DNA of 64,000 nt, taken from assembly GCA_965205855.1 (NCBI GenBank), contig OZ242184.1:334853-398852 (forward strand). The letters are read 5' to 3'. The translations under genes were made by a program, and so were the position numbers. Of the stretch, positions 49,187 through 59,117 are shown piece by piece. The DNA is from Thermodesulfobacteriota bacterium. Lineage in GTDB: Bacteria; Desulfobacterota_D; UBA1144; Nemesobacterales; Mycalebacteriaceae. The notes under the pieces are model-generated. The model saw only the letters and a list, made by a program, of their open reading frames with translations, was not told where the DNA came from and did no database searches. Numbering within the stretch: the stretch's first letter is position 1; each line of letters opens with the position of its first letter.

Positions 49187-50064
49187 AAAAAAACGCTCTT
49201 GGTAAAGGGTTGGAATCCCTTATCGGGGATGAAATCGATGTTCCCCGCGGACATCTTTCCCTGCCGGTCGGCAGGCTGATTCCCGGCGCGGGGCAGCCGA
49301 GGAAAAACTTCAACGAAAAGTCGATAGAGGAACTTGCGGACTCAATCAGGGAGAAGGGGCTTATTCAGCCGCTGATTGTGAGAAAGCACGGGGAGAAATA
49401 CGAGATAATCGCCGGAGAGAGGAGATGGAGAGCGGCGCAGCGCGCCGGGCTTCGTGAGGTTCCCGTGATTGTCCGCGAAATGGCGGACGGCGACGCGTTT
49501 GAAATCGCCCTTATTGAGAACATACAGCGCAAGGATTTGAATCCCGTTGAGGAAGCGCTTGCTTATGAAAAACTTATATCCGAGTTTGATCTGACACACG
49601 AGGAGGTTTCCAAGCGTGTTGGTAAAAGCCGGGTGGCAATTACAAACCAGTTGCGTCTTTTGAGGCTTCCGGACGCCGCGCGCGTCGCATTGATAAACGG
49701 GGATCTGTCAACCGGGCACGCGAGAGCGATACTCGGTTTAAAACCCGGCGCGGATGGGGCGCGTGTTGCTCTGAAAGTGGTGCGCGGGGATATGTCCGTC
49801 AGGCAGACGGAAAGTCTTGTCAAAAGAATCAACTCTTCGCAATCTTCCGACCAAAAAGTTTCACAGACGGACGACATATCCATCAAACGCGCCGAGTGGA
49901 CAATGCGCGATAGGCTGGGGACAAAAGTCATGATAGAGGGGGGCTTGAAGAAAGGCAGGATAGTCATCAAGTATTCTTCGGCGGAGGAGCTTGAAAGGCT
50001 ATCTTTTGAGATAGGCAGCGGTTTGCACACGGCGGGTGGTTCCGCAAAGAAGGTTTTTGAATGA
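49183..50064 (+). CDS. parB: chromosome partitioning protein ParB/Spo0J
   Basis: ParB box GERRWRAA and an HTH. Overlaps parA by 4 nt. Confidence 0.85.
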   Translation: MKKNALGKGLESLIGDEIDVPRGHLSLPVGRLIPGAGQPRKNFNEKSIEELADSIREKGLIQPLIVRKHGEKYEIIAGERRWRAAQRAGLREVPVIVREMADGDAFEIALIENIQRKDLNPVEEALAYEKLISEFDLTHEEVSKRVGKSRVAITNQLRLLRLPDAARVALINGDLSTGHARAILGLKPGADGARVALKVVRGDMSVRQTESLVKRINSSQSSDQKVSQTDDISIKRAEWTMRDRLGTKVMIEGGLKKGRIVIKYSSAEELERLSFEIGSGLHTAGGSAKKVFE

Positions 50065-50336
50065 AAACCTTTGAAGTGAAAATTGAAATTCGTCCTGCAA
50101 AGGGCGTGCTTGATCCTCAGGGCAAGGCGATTCTTTCCGCACTTGGAAATTTGGGGTTCGGAGGGGTTTTGTCTGTCACATCGGGAAAACTCATAGAGTT
50201 GACGGTGGAGTCTCAGGACAAAAGCGCCGCGGAGAAAAATGTCCGCGCGATGTGCTCCGCAATTCTTGCAAATCCGGTCATAGAGGTTTTTTCAATAGAT
50301 GTGAAACCGGCGGAGGCGAAAACCGGCGGTGGTTGA
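50061..50336 (+). CDS. purS: FGAM synthase PurS subunit
   Basis: MKTFEVKIEIRPAKGVLDPQGKAI. Confidence 0.8.
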   Translation: MKTFEVKIEIRPAKGVLDPQGKAILSALGNLGFGGVLSVTSGKLIELTVESQDKSAAEKNVRAMCSAILANPVIEVFSIDVKPAEAKTGGG

Positions 50337-51024
50337 GTTCGGAGTGGTTGTTTTTCCGGGTTCAAACTGTGATGCGGACTGCGAAAAAGCCGTTAAAAGG
50401 CTTGGTTACGGTGGCGTCCGCATCTGGCATGAGGAAACCTCCCTTCGCGGAATTGACTGCATTATAATTCCGGGAGGTTTTTCATACGGCGATTACTTGA
50501 GAACCGGCGTTATGGCTTCCGTTTCACCCGTGATGGAAAGCGTAAAAAAATTCGCGCGCGAAGGAAAACCCGTAATCGGAATATGCAACGGGTTTCAAAT
50601 CCTTGTCGAAAGCGGACTTTTACCGGGAGCGTTTACAAGAAACGCGTCCCTGAAGTTCGTCTGCAAATGGACATACGTGCGCGTTGAAAATACCGACACG
50701 CCTTTTACGGCGGCTTTTAAGCTCGGTGATGTTCTGCAAACTCCCGTTGCGAACGGTGAGGGGGCTTTCTTCTGCTCCGAAGACGAACTCGGAGAGATTG
50801 AGCGTAAGAAACAAGTTGTTTTCAGGTATTGCTCGGAAAGCGGCGAAGCGGCTCCCGGAGCCAATCCCAACGGCTCGGTTTCGGACATTGCCGGAGTTTG
50901 CGGAGGCGGCGGAAATATAATCGGAATGATGCCCCATCCCGAAAGATGTTGCAATGAGATTTTAGGTGGAACAGACGGGGCCGGGATTTTTGAGTCGGTT
51001 GCGGAGTTTGTCTCACGCGGGTGA
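50329..51024 (+). CDS. purQ: FGAM synthase glutaminase subunit
   Basis: Class I GATase with Cys in GICNGFQ. GTG start overlapping the purS stop. Confidence 0.85.
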   Translation: MVEFGVVVFPGSNCDADCEKAVKRLGYGGVRIWHEETSLRGIDCIIIPGGFSYGDYLRTGVMASVSPVMESVKKFAREGKPVIGICNGFQILVESGLLPGAFTRNASLKFVCKWTYVRVENTDTPFTAAFKLGDVLQTPVANGEGAFFCSEDELGEIERKKQVVFRYCSESGEAAPGANPNGSVSDIAGVCGGGGNIIGMMPHPERCCNEILGGTDGAGIFESVAEFVSRG

Positions 51025-51394
51025 GGTGTTTTTGCAGAAGATTATTTTGTTCCGGGAATTTCTATTTTTAAGTATGCGTTCAATAATACTGGATTTTATA
51101 AGTGGCAGACCCTAGTACGCAAGAGCAAACTGTCTGTAGTTTCCTCTATCTTCTCCATGATTTTTTATGATAACTCTAGGTTGCGCTATGTAAGTAACTT
51201 ACTCCCTATGTGATATCTCCTTCTTTATATTGTTTTCCACAGTTTAGTTAGACAGTATAGAATGCTACTTGAGCCCTCACAATGGGTTCCCCGGTTTCTG
51301 AAAACTTGTACAAACTCTTATGAGTTGACACCGCCGAATAGCGAATCGTACCTTATCCCGTCCGCTCCGGCCGTCTTTTACGATTGCTTCTTTT

Positions 51395-51661
51395 GTGTTA
51401 TCTTCCAAAAAGCGGAGACTGTTTGAGATGCCTGAAAAAGCCGACCAGTTTATAGACATTACCGATGAGGTGTGTCCGATGACTTCAATAAAAACAAAAC
51501 TGAAATTGAAAAAGATGGAACCGGGCGGGGTGCTTGAGGTGCTTGTCAGAGAAGGGGAGCCGGTTGAAAACCTTCCCCGGACACTTGAGCGCGAGGGACA
51601 CAGAATTCTTGAGGTAAGGAAAGAAGACAATTTCTATACAGTCAGGATAAAGCGCGGCTGA
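51395..51661 (+). CDS. TusA-like sulfurtransferase
   Basis: CPMT (CPxP-type) motif at the N-terminus of a roughly 80-aa protein. Confidence 0.6.
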   Translation: MLSSKKRRLFEMPEKADQFIDITDEVCPMTSIKTKLKLKKMEPGGVLEVLVREGEPVENLPRTLEREGHRILEVRKEDNFYTVRIKRG

Positions 51662-52602
51662 TGCGTGAATCCGCGGGTATGGAGAGATCTCTCGACAAAT
51701 TTGTCCTGCGGTCAATAGTTGATTTTATTGGCAACACGCCGCTTATCAATCTCGGCAAAGTTGCGAAGGACATTCCGGACGGCGTTGAGATTTACGCAAA
51801 AGCCGAATGGTTCAATCCCGGAGGCTCGGTTAAAGACCGCGCCGCTTTCAAGATGGTTTCCCATGCCGTCAAGTCGGGCGATTTGAAGAAGGGGCGAACA
51901 ATAATGGATTCGTCATCTGGAAACACCGCCATAGCATACGCCATGATAGGCTCCACTCTGGAATTTCCGGTAACGATTGTCGCGCCGGAGAATATCAATC
52001 TGGAGCGGAAAAAAACCATTGAAGCATTCGGGGCGGAAATAGTTTATTCAGACCCTATAGAAGGCTCTGACGGGGCGATAATACTCGCGCAGAAAATCAA
52101 ACGAGAGTCTCCCGAAAAATATTTTATGCCCGACCAATACAACAACCCGCTCAATCCGCTTGCCCATTATGAGACCACCGCCCCGGAGATATGGGAGCAG
52201 ACAAACGGGCGTGTTACTCACTTTATAACCGGCGTGGGAACAAGCGGGACCATTATGGGGGTTTCGCGTAGACTCAGAGAACTCAATCCCGAAGTTAAGA
52301 CCTTTGCGGTAGAGCCGGTCGAGGTTCTTCACGGACTTGAGGGTCTCAAACATATGAAGACTTCAATAGTGCCGGGAATATATGACCCAACAGGATTTGA
52401 CGGCACTTTGTTTGTTTCCACTGAAGACGCTTATGGAATGATGGAATTGGTTATGCGAACCGAGGGGTTGTTCATAGGACACTCTGGCGGCGCGGCGATT
52501 TACGCGGCGGTGCAAACCGCGAGCTCTCTTGAAACGGGCGTTATCGTAACCGTGCTTCCAGACAGTGGATTCAGGTACTTAAGCGAGAGGCTGTGGTGGT
52601 AG
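51661..52602 (+). CDS. cysteine synthase (CysM/CysK family, PLP-dependent)
   Basis: PLP-binding Lys (SVKDR) and a GNTAIAYA-type motif, flanked by sulfur-carrier-system genes. Confidence 0.8.
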   Translation: MRESAGMERSLDKFVLRSIVDFIGNTPLINLGKVAKDIPDGVEIYAKAEWFNPGGSVKDRAAFKMVSHAVKSGDLKKGRTIMDSSSGNTAIAYAMIGSTLEFPVTIVAPENINLERKKTIEAFGAEIVYSDPIEGSDGAIILAQKIKRESPEKYFMPDQYNNPLNPLAHYETTAPEIWEQTNGRVTHFITGVGTSGTIMGVSRRLRELNPEVKTFAVEPVEVLHGLEGLKHMKTSIVPGIYDPTGFDGTLFVSTEDAYGMMELVMRTEGLFIGHSGGAAIYAAVQTASSLETGVIVTVLPDSGFRYLSERLWW

Positions 52603-53006
52603 AAATTTCAAAAGAGGCCTTTGAAAATATGAAGCTGTATGCCGAACGCGGCTATCCGGACGAAGTATGCGGCGTGATGACGGGCACGGACGGGATGATA
52701 AGAGAATCTGTGCCATGCCGTAATCTCAATACCGAACGGGCGTATGACAGATACGAGCTTGACCCGCTGTCTTTTAATGAAGCCGATACCGCCGCGCGGA
52801 AAAAAAACCTTGCCATAGTCGGCATATATCACTCCCATCCCGACCATCCGGCGCGTCCTTCGGAAACGGACAGAGTAAAAGCGTGGCCCGGCTGGGGATA
52901 TCTGATAATGTCAATTGAAAAAGGAGCGTTTAAGACCGCAACGCTCTGGTATTTGAATGAAAAAACCGGACAATTTAAAAAGAGCGATTTCTCGGTCGGC
53001 GATTAG
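52593..53006 (+). CDS. JAMM/MPN+ metalloprotease (Mec+-like)
   Basis: JAMM motif E...HSHPDHPARPSETD. Overlaps the cysteine synthase by 10 nt. Confidence 0.7.
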   Translation: MVVEISKEAFENMKLYAERGYPDEVCGVMTGTDGMIRESVPCRNLNTERAYDRYELDPLSFNEADTAARKKNLAIVGIYHSHPDHPARPSETDRVKAWPGWGYLIMSIEKGAFKTATLWYLNEKTGQFKKSDFSVGD

Positions 53007-53123
53007 GGAGATTTTGCCTGTCCGGCGGGATTTTCACCTTTCTTTCCGTTGTTGGCTTTTGTTAGAATAAGATGGGGTTTTTGCCCTTATTAATCAAAAA
53101 AACAGAGGTGAGGTAAAGTTACA

Positions 53124-54155
53124 GTGAGAAGGTTTTTTACATTTTTCGTGCTGATAATAGCCGCGGGGGCGGCTTGTTTTTTGTTTTTTCAACCCGTTTC
53201 AGTAACGGAAAAAACAGTCACGGCACCCGTGGCGAAGACCGAGCCGGAGACTTTTATTTTTACATACACAATCAACGGCGGGGATTCTTTGAGCCTGATA
53301 GCGCGGAGGTTTGGTATAAGCGCTGAAACAATCCTCAACGCCAACATCATAAAAGACAGTGTCATATACAAAGATGACACTCTGGGCATACCGCTTGAGC
53401 TTTCCAGGCTTGTATCTTTGCACACCGTTGCCAAAGGTGAAAACCTTTCGTCAATAGCGAGAGATTACGGAACAACCGTGAAAAACATAATGAAACTCAA
53501 CCGTATGAACAAAGACACGATTTTGGAGTCCGACAAAATTCTTGTTCATGCAAGCGCCGAGCCTAACTCAAGATTTGTTGTGTTCACGGTCGGACACGGC
53601 GACACTGTGGCGGAAATCCTGCGCGCTTTCGGTATCAGAAAGGAGGAGATTGAAAGACTCAACGCCTCCAATCCGGACTGGCATGAACCGGGTTCTTTTA
53701 TTGCCGTGGATACCTTTGACTATTCCTACGCGGAACAAACGCGCGAAAGAATCCTGCAAACCGCCGAAGCGTATCTGGGCTCTCCCTACAAATACGGCGG
53801 AAATTCAACGGAAACCGGAATAGACTGCTCTGCTTATGTCAAAAAGGTTTTTTCCTTTTTTGGTGTTAATCTTCCCAGAACGGTCAGGACGATGCACAAG
53901 TATGCCGAAGGACGGTGGGTGCGTAAAGACCGTCTTGAAAAAGGAGATTTGGTTTTCTTTGAGACCGACAGACCTTTTCCGTCTCACATAGGGATATACA
54001 TGGAGAAGGGCAATTTTATACACGCTTCATCCGTGCGCGGAAGGGTGGTTGTATCAAATCTTGGCGAGCCTTACTATACAAAAACCTATATCGGGGCAAA
54101 AAGAATCTATCTGCGAGACTCCTTCGCTTCGGCGGATACGCAAAAGGCTCAATAA
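53124..54155 (+). CDS. LysM-repeat NlpC/P60 peptidoglycan endopeptidase
   Basis: Three LysM repeats and a C-terminal NlpC/P60 domain (Cys in GIDCSAYV, His in SHIGIY). Confidence 0.8.
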   Translation: MRRFFTFFVLIIAAGAACFLFFQPVSVTEKTVTAPVAKTEPETFIFTYTINGGDSLSLIARRFGISAETILNANIIKDSVIYKDDTLGIPLELSRLVSLHTVAKGENLSSIARDYGTTVKNIMKLNRMNKDTILESDKILVHASAEPNSRFVVFTVGHGDTVAEILRAFGIRKEEIERLNASNPDWHEPGSFIAVDTFDYSYAEQTRERILQTAEAYLGSPYKYGGNSTETGIDCSAYVKKVFSFFGVNLPRTVRTMHKYAEGRWVRKDRLEKGDLVFFETDRPFPSHIGIYMEKGNFIHASSVRGRVVVSNLGEPYYTKTYIGAKRIYLRDSFASADTQKAQ

Positions 54156-54160
54156 AAAAA

Positions 54161-55072
54161 ATGGACAAAAAGGAAATAGAAAACGCGACGAGAAGTTTCC
54201 GCAGGCATCTGGAATACGAGAGGAACCTGTCTGCCAATACGGTGCGCGCCTATATGACCGACATCGGGCAGTTTTCGGATTTTCTCCTCAAAAACGGACT
54301 CAGCCTGAACACAACCGGCGTCAGGGACATAAACCGGTACATTGGAACCCGGTTTTCCGTCAATTCAAAAACTTCAACGGCAAGAAAGCTGGCGGCGTTG
54401 AGGACTTTTTTCAGATTCCTCAATGTTGAGAAGATAACGGCAAACAATCCGGCGAAAATTGCCTCTGTTCCGAGGATGTCGAAACACCTTCCCTCTTTTC
54501 TTTCCGTGGATGAGATTGACGCGCTTTTGAGAATCATAGGTTCAAAAGACAACCGGTTCTTTATCAGAGACAGCGCGATGTTTGAGCTTGCTTATTCTTG
54601 CGGATTAAGAGTCAGCGAGCTTGTCTCGGTAACTCTTGATGACATTGACTTTGAACAATCCGAAGTCAGGGTTTTCGGCAAAGGTGCCAAACAGAGAGTG
54701 ATTCCCCTCGGCTCAAAAGCCGCCGCCGCAATTATGGAATATATGTCGGTAAGGCTAGAGTTTAAGCCCAAAACCGACCGTGTGTTTATCGGTTCAAAAG
54801 GAACCGGCATAACTTCAAGGAGTGTTGCGAGAATCCTTAAACACCACGCCTTGAAAGCTGGAATAAACAAGAATGTCAGCCCTCATACTCTCAGACATAG
54901 TTTTGCGACTCACCTTCTCGCCTCCGGAAGCGTCAAGGAGGGTAAAAAAGACAGACTCAGGGCCATACAGTTGATGCTTGGACACTCAAGTCTCTCTTCC
55001 ACACAAAAATACACACATATATCTGTTGAACAGTTGATGAGCATATATGACACTACTCATCCGAGGGCTTAA
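54161..55072 (+). CDS. xerC: tyrosine site-specific recombinase XerC
   Basis: R..HxxR..Y catalytic residues (HTLRHSFATHLL ... Y). Classical xerC-hslVU synteny. Confidence 0.8.
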   Translation: MDKKEIENATRSFRRHLEYERNLSANTVRAYMTDIGQFSDFLLKNGLSLNTTGVRDINRYIGTRFSVNSKTSTARKLAALRTFFRFLNVEKITANNPAKIASVPRMSKHLPSFLSVDEIDALLRIIGSKDNRFFIRDSAMFELAYSCGLRVSELVSVTLDDIDFEQSEVRVFGKGAKQRVIPLGSKAAAAIMEYMSVRLEFKPKTDRVFIGSKGTGITSRSVARILKHHALKAGINKNVSPHTLRHSFATHLLASGSVKEGKKDRLRAIQLMLGHSSLSSTQKYTHISVEQLMSIYDTTHPRA

Positions 55073-55621
55073 ATGGCCGGACGTATGACAGAAACATTTC
55101 ACGGAACGACAATTCTCTGCGTTAGCAAAGACGGACTGACCGCCATGGGTGGCGATGGGCAGGTTACTCTGGGGGATGTGTCGGTAAAACATACCGCGAA
55201 AAAGATAAGGAAGATTCATTCTGGCAAGGTCTGCGTGGGGTTTGCCGGTTCAACCGCGGACGCGATAACGCTTTTTGACAGGTTTGAGACAAAACTTGAG
55301 GAATTCGGCGGCAATCTCAAGCGCGCCGCTGTGGAGATGGGCAAGGACTGGAGAACCGACAGAATTCTGCGCAGACTGGAGGCTCTTCTTGCCGTTGCCG
55401 ACAGGGAAAATATGTTTATAATATCGGGCGCCGGGGATATTCTTGAGCCCGATGACGCCATAATAGCCATAGGGTCGGGAGGCGCGTATGCTAAAGCCGC
55501 GGCCCGGGCTCTTGTGGATTTTTCGCAGTTGAAGGCTGATGAGGTTGTTCGTAGTTCACTTTTGATAACCGCGGGAATTTGCATATATACAAACGATCAA
55601 ATACGCATTGAGACTCTCTGA
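55073..55621 (+). CDS. hslV: ATP-dependent protease subunit HslV
   Basis: [10 protein letters not shown]...GGDGQVT. The active Thr is preceded by about 10 residues, implying a propeptide. Confidence 0.85.
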   Translation: MAGRMTETFHGTTILCVSKDGLTAMGGDGQVTLGDVSVKHTAKKIRKIHSGKVCVGFAGSTADAITLFDRFETKLEEFGGNLKRAAVEMGKDWRTDRILRRLEALLAVADRENMFIISGAGDILEPDDAIIAIGSGGAYAKAAARALVDFSQLKADEVVRSSLLITAGICIYTNDQIRIETL

Positions 55622-55623
55622 TA

Positions 55624-56991
55624 ATGACCGAGAAATCATTTTTTACCCCGCGCGAGATAGTTTCCGAACTTGACAAATACATAGTCGGGCAGGCAAAAGC
55701 CAAAAGGTCGGTTTCCATAGCCCTGAGAAACAGGTGGCGCCGCCAGATGGTGAGCCCGGAAATGAGGGACGAGATAGTTCCCAAAAATATCCTTATGATA
55801 GGGCCCACGGGCGTGGGTAAAACGGAGATAGCCCGCAGGCTTGCCAACCTTTCGCAGTCTCCCTTTATCAAGGTCGAGGCGTCAAAGTTCACCGAAGTCG
55901 GCTATATGGGAAGGGATGTTGAATCTATGGTGAGAGACCTTACGGAAATAGCGATAAACATGGTCTCCGCCGAGGAAACAAAAGCGGTTATGTCAAAAGC
56001 CGAGAATCTTGCCGAGGAGAGGATGCTTGACCTTCTTCTGCCCGCGCCTTCCGGAGATTCCGAAAATGGCGGTCAAACAGGCCCGGAAACGGACTCTGCC
56101 CTCAGAGAGTCTGAAAAAAAGACCAAAGAAAAACTGAGAATTCTTCTGCGCAAGGGAAAACTGGATGATAAGACGGTCGAGTTTGAAGTCTCCGCGCCGG
56201 CAATGCCGTTTCAGATTCTCGGAACCCAGGGTGTTGACGATACAGACATGAACATACCGGAAATGTTGAGCAGCCTTCTGCCCAAACAGACAAAAATGAG
56301 AAAGGTGGAAGTGCCAGCTGCAATGCAGATACTTATCAGGGAGGAATCCCAGAAACTTGTGGATATGGACAAGGTTGTCAAGCTTGCCATTGAGAGCGTT
56401 GAAAACACGGGAATTATATTTATTGACGAGATAGACAAAATCGCCGGCGGAAGATCAAATTCCGGCCCCGATGTTTCAAGAGAGGGCGTTCAGAGGGATT
56501 TACTGCCCATCATAGAGGGTTCAACTATTCATACCAAGCACGGAATGGTAAAGACCGACCATATTATGTTTATAGGGGCAGGGGCGTTTCATGTTTCCAA
56601 ACCGTCGGACCTTATACCGGAGATTCAGGGGCGTTTTCCCATACGCGTTGAGCTTGACGCGCTTGGAAAACAAGAGATGATTAAGATACTTACCGAGACG
56701 AAAAACGCCCTTACCAAACAGTATGTCGCGTTGCTCAAGACCGAGGATGTGACGCTTGTCTTCAAAAAAGACGCGATTGAGGAAATCGCCGCAACGGCAA
56801 TGGAAGTGAACGAATCAACGGAAAACATCGGGGCGAGGCGTCTGCACACCATACTTGAGACCATTTTGGATGACATATCCTTTGATGCTCCAGACATGTC
56901 CAAACGCAAAGTGGATATAGATTCGGAGTATGTCAGGGAGAAAATATCCTGCATTGTGGCAAACAAGGACTTGAGCAAGTACATACTTTAG
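55624..56991 (+). CDS. hslU: ATP-dependent protease ATPase subunit HslU
   Basis: Walker [10 protein letters not shown]-domain and sensor motifs. Confidence 0.9.
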   Translation: MTEKSFFTPREIVSELDKYIVGQAKAKRSVSIALRNRWRRQMVSPEMRDEIVPKNILMIGPTGVGKTEIARRLANLSQSPFIKVEASKFTEVGYMGRDVESMVRDLTEIAINMVSAEETKAVMSKAENLAEERMLDLLLPAPSGDSENGGQTGPETDSALRESEKKTKEKLRILLRKGKLDDKTVEFEVSAPAMPFQILGTQGVDDTDMNIPEMLSSLLPKQTKMRKVEVPAAMQILIREESQKLVDMDKVVKLAIESVENTGIIFIDEIDKIAGGRSNSGPDVSREGVQRDLLPIIEGSTIHTKHGMVKTDHIMFIGAGAFHVSKPSDLIPEIQGRFPIRVELDALGKQEMIKILTETKNALTKQYVALLKTEDVTLVFKKDAIEEIAATAMEVNESTENIGARRLHTILETILDDISFDAPDMSKRKVDIDSEYVREKISCIVANKDLSKYIL

Positions 56992-57051
56992 GAAAGTCCG
57001 CGCGGGATCCGTGTTATATTTTACCCTTGTTACAACCCTGAGAAAATCCTT

Positions 57052-57921
57052 ATGAACAAAGCAAAAACCCTTGCCGAAGCGCTTCCTTATATAAAACAGT
57101 TTTACGGCAAAAACGTTATCGTCAAGTACGGCGGTAGCATTGTCGGCAAAGACCTCGCCGGTTTTGCAAGAGACATAGTGCTTATGAAGTTTGTCGGAAT
57201 CAAACCGATTGTGGTTCACGGCGGCGGAAGGCAGATACAGAAGGAGCTGGACACAAAAGGAATCGGGTCTGAATTTCTCTTCGGACTCAGGGTTACCGAC
57301 AAGCGGACGATGAAAGTAGTTGAGAGGGTTCTTGCCGGGAGAATTAACAGGCACATAGTTTCGGAGATAAACAAAAACGGAGCAAAGGCAGTTGGCATGA
57401 GCGGTGTTGACGGAAAAACAATAACCGTGAAAAAGGCCGATATTAAAAAGATAGCGAGGCAAAACGGCGCATCCGTTGACACCGATGCAGACCTCGGCAT
57501 GGTCGGAGATATAACAAGGATAAACACCGCGTTGATACGGCGTTGTGAAAAATCGGGATGTATACCCGTTATCGCTCCGATAGGAACGGACGGGAAGGGT
57601 AGTTCATATAATGTCAACGCCGACCACGCCGCCGGGAAAGTGGCTTCGGCTCTGAAAGCGGAAAAACTTATAATGCTCACCGATGTGACCGGAATCAAAG
57701 GCAAAAATGGCCGCCTTATTCATTCTCTCACTTTCAGGCAGGCGGCGAAACTTATAAAGGAAGGGGTGATTTCAAAAGGAATGCATCCGAAAACGACATG
57801 CTGCGTGGAAGCCATTTCCGAGGGCGTGCGCAAGGCGCACATAATAGACGGGCGCACCGACCACGCTCTTATACTTGAGATATTTACCAACGCCGGAATT
57901 GGAACCGAGATAAAAAAATGA
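57052..57921 (+). CDS. argB: acetylglutamate kinase
   Basis: VVKYGGS and VHGGG motifs of the amino acid kinase family. Confidence 0.85.
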   Translation: MNKAKTLAEALPYIKQFYGKNVIVKYGGSIVGKDLAGFARDIVLMKFVGIKPIVVHGGGRQIQKELDTKGIGSEFLFGLRVTDKRTMKVVERVLAGRINRHIVSEINKNGAKAVGMSGVDGKTITVKKADIKKIARQNGASVDTDADLGMVGDITRINTALIRRCEKSGCIPVIAPIGTDGKGSSYNVNADHAAGKVASALKAEKLIMLTDVTGIKGKNGRLIHSLTFRQAAKLIKEGVISKGMHPKTTCCVEAISEGVRKAHIIDGRTDHALILEIFTNAGIGTEIKK

Positions 57922-59117
57922 GCAATAAAGCAATATCGGCAACCGATACAAACTCAATGGACACATACAGGCGTTTTCAAATTGTCGTCCGTAAAGGCGA
58001 AGGAGCATGGCTGTGGGATACCGGCGGGAAAAAATATCTGGACTTCACTTCGGGAATAGCGGTAACAACTCTTGGGCATTCCCATCCAGCCGTTCTGAGT
58101 GCGGCAAAAAAACAGATGGACAATCTTGTCCATACTTCAAATCTTTTCTATACCGAGCCTCAGGCACGTCTTGTCTCGCTTCTTACCGGATGCTCCTTTG
58201 CGGACAAGGTGTTTTTGTGTAACAGTGGAACCGAGGCATCCGAGGGGGCGATAAAACTTTCAAGAAAATGGGCCACGGAAAACGGGCGTGAACCGGTGGT
58301 AATTTGCGCTTCGGGATCTTTTCACGGCAGGACTCTCGGGGCGCTCGGAGCGACAAGCGGGGAGACTTACCGCAAAGGTTTTGAGCCTCTTCCGCAAGGG
58401 TTTGTTTTTGTTCCCTACGGTGATGCTCAACAAATTGAGGAGGCGATGAAAAAACACCGTGCCTGCGCGTTTATGGTTGAACCCATACAGGGGGAAAACG
58501 GCGTGATTATTCCGCCGGACGGATATCTGTCGGACGTGCGCGGAATCTGCTCTGATGAGGGGGCTTTGCTTGTGCTTGACGAAATTCAGACGGCAATGGG
58601 CAGAACGGGGAAGATGTTCTGTTACGAGCATTACGGAGTCGAGCCGGATATTGCCGTAATCGCGAAAGGTCTCGGAGGGGGAATACCGTGCGGAGCCATT
58701 ATTGCCGCAAAAGAGGTCGCACGGCACTTTACGGCCGGCTCCCACGGAAGCACTTTTGGCGGCGGCCCTTTCGCGTCCGCCTGCGCGGCGGCGGTGATAG
58801 AGGAAGTTCTCCGTTCTTCCCTCGCGGAGAACGCGCGCAAACGTGGAGAACAGCTTTTAAGCGGCCTGCGCGGCGCGGATGTTGAGTCCGGCACGGTGAA
58901 AGAGGCTAGGGGCAAAGGGCTGATGGTCGGGCTTGAGTTCACATTGCCTGAGGTGGCAAAGAAGGTTGTCAATCTTTGTGCGGAAAAAGGTTTACTGACG
59001 ATTCTGACCGCGGGGAGCGTTATGAGAATGCTGCCGCCGCTGATTGTCAGCGAAGAACAGGTACAGTTTGCGCTTTTAACAATAGAGAAATCCGTAAGAG
59101 AGGTTTTAAGTCAATGA
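57918..59117 (+). CDS. argD: acetylornithine aminotransferase
   Basis: Class III aminotransferase with PLP Lys in the context of DEIQTAMGRTGKMF. Confidence 0.85.
   Translation: MSNKAISATDTNSMDTYRRFQIVVRKGEGAWLWDTGGKKYLDFTSGIAVTTLGHSHPAVLSAAKKQMDNLVHTSNLFYTEPQARLVSLLTGCSFADKVFLCNSGTEASEGAIKLSRKWATENGREPVVICASGSFHGRTLGALGATSGETYRKGFEPLPQGFVFVPYGDAQQIEEAMKKHRACAFMVEPIQGENGVIIPPDGYLSDVRGICSDEGALLVLDEIQTAMGRTGKMFCYEHYGVEPDIAVIAKGLGGGIPCGAIIAAKEVARHFTAGSHGSTFGGGPFASACAAAVIEEVLRSSLAENARKRGEQLLSGLRGADVESGTVKEARGKGLMVGLEFTLPEVAKKVVNLCAEKGLLTILTAGSVMRMLPPLIVSEEQVQFALLTIEKSVREVLSQ

Noticed and set aside
51025-51394. Possible chromosomal origin (oriC) next to parAB
   Set aside because: No cluster of DnaA boxes was seen (best is a single 6/9 match), and dnaA/dnaN are not adjacent. 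Kept only as an AT-rich regulatory or ncRNA candidate.
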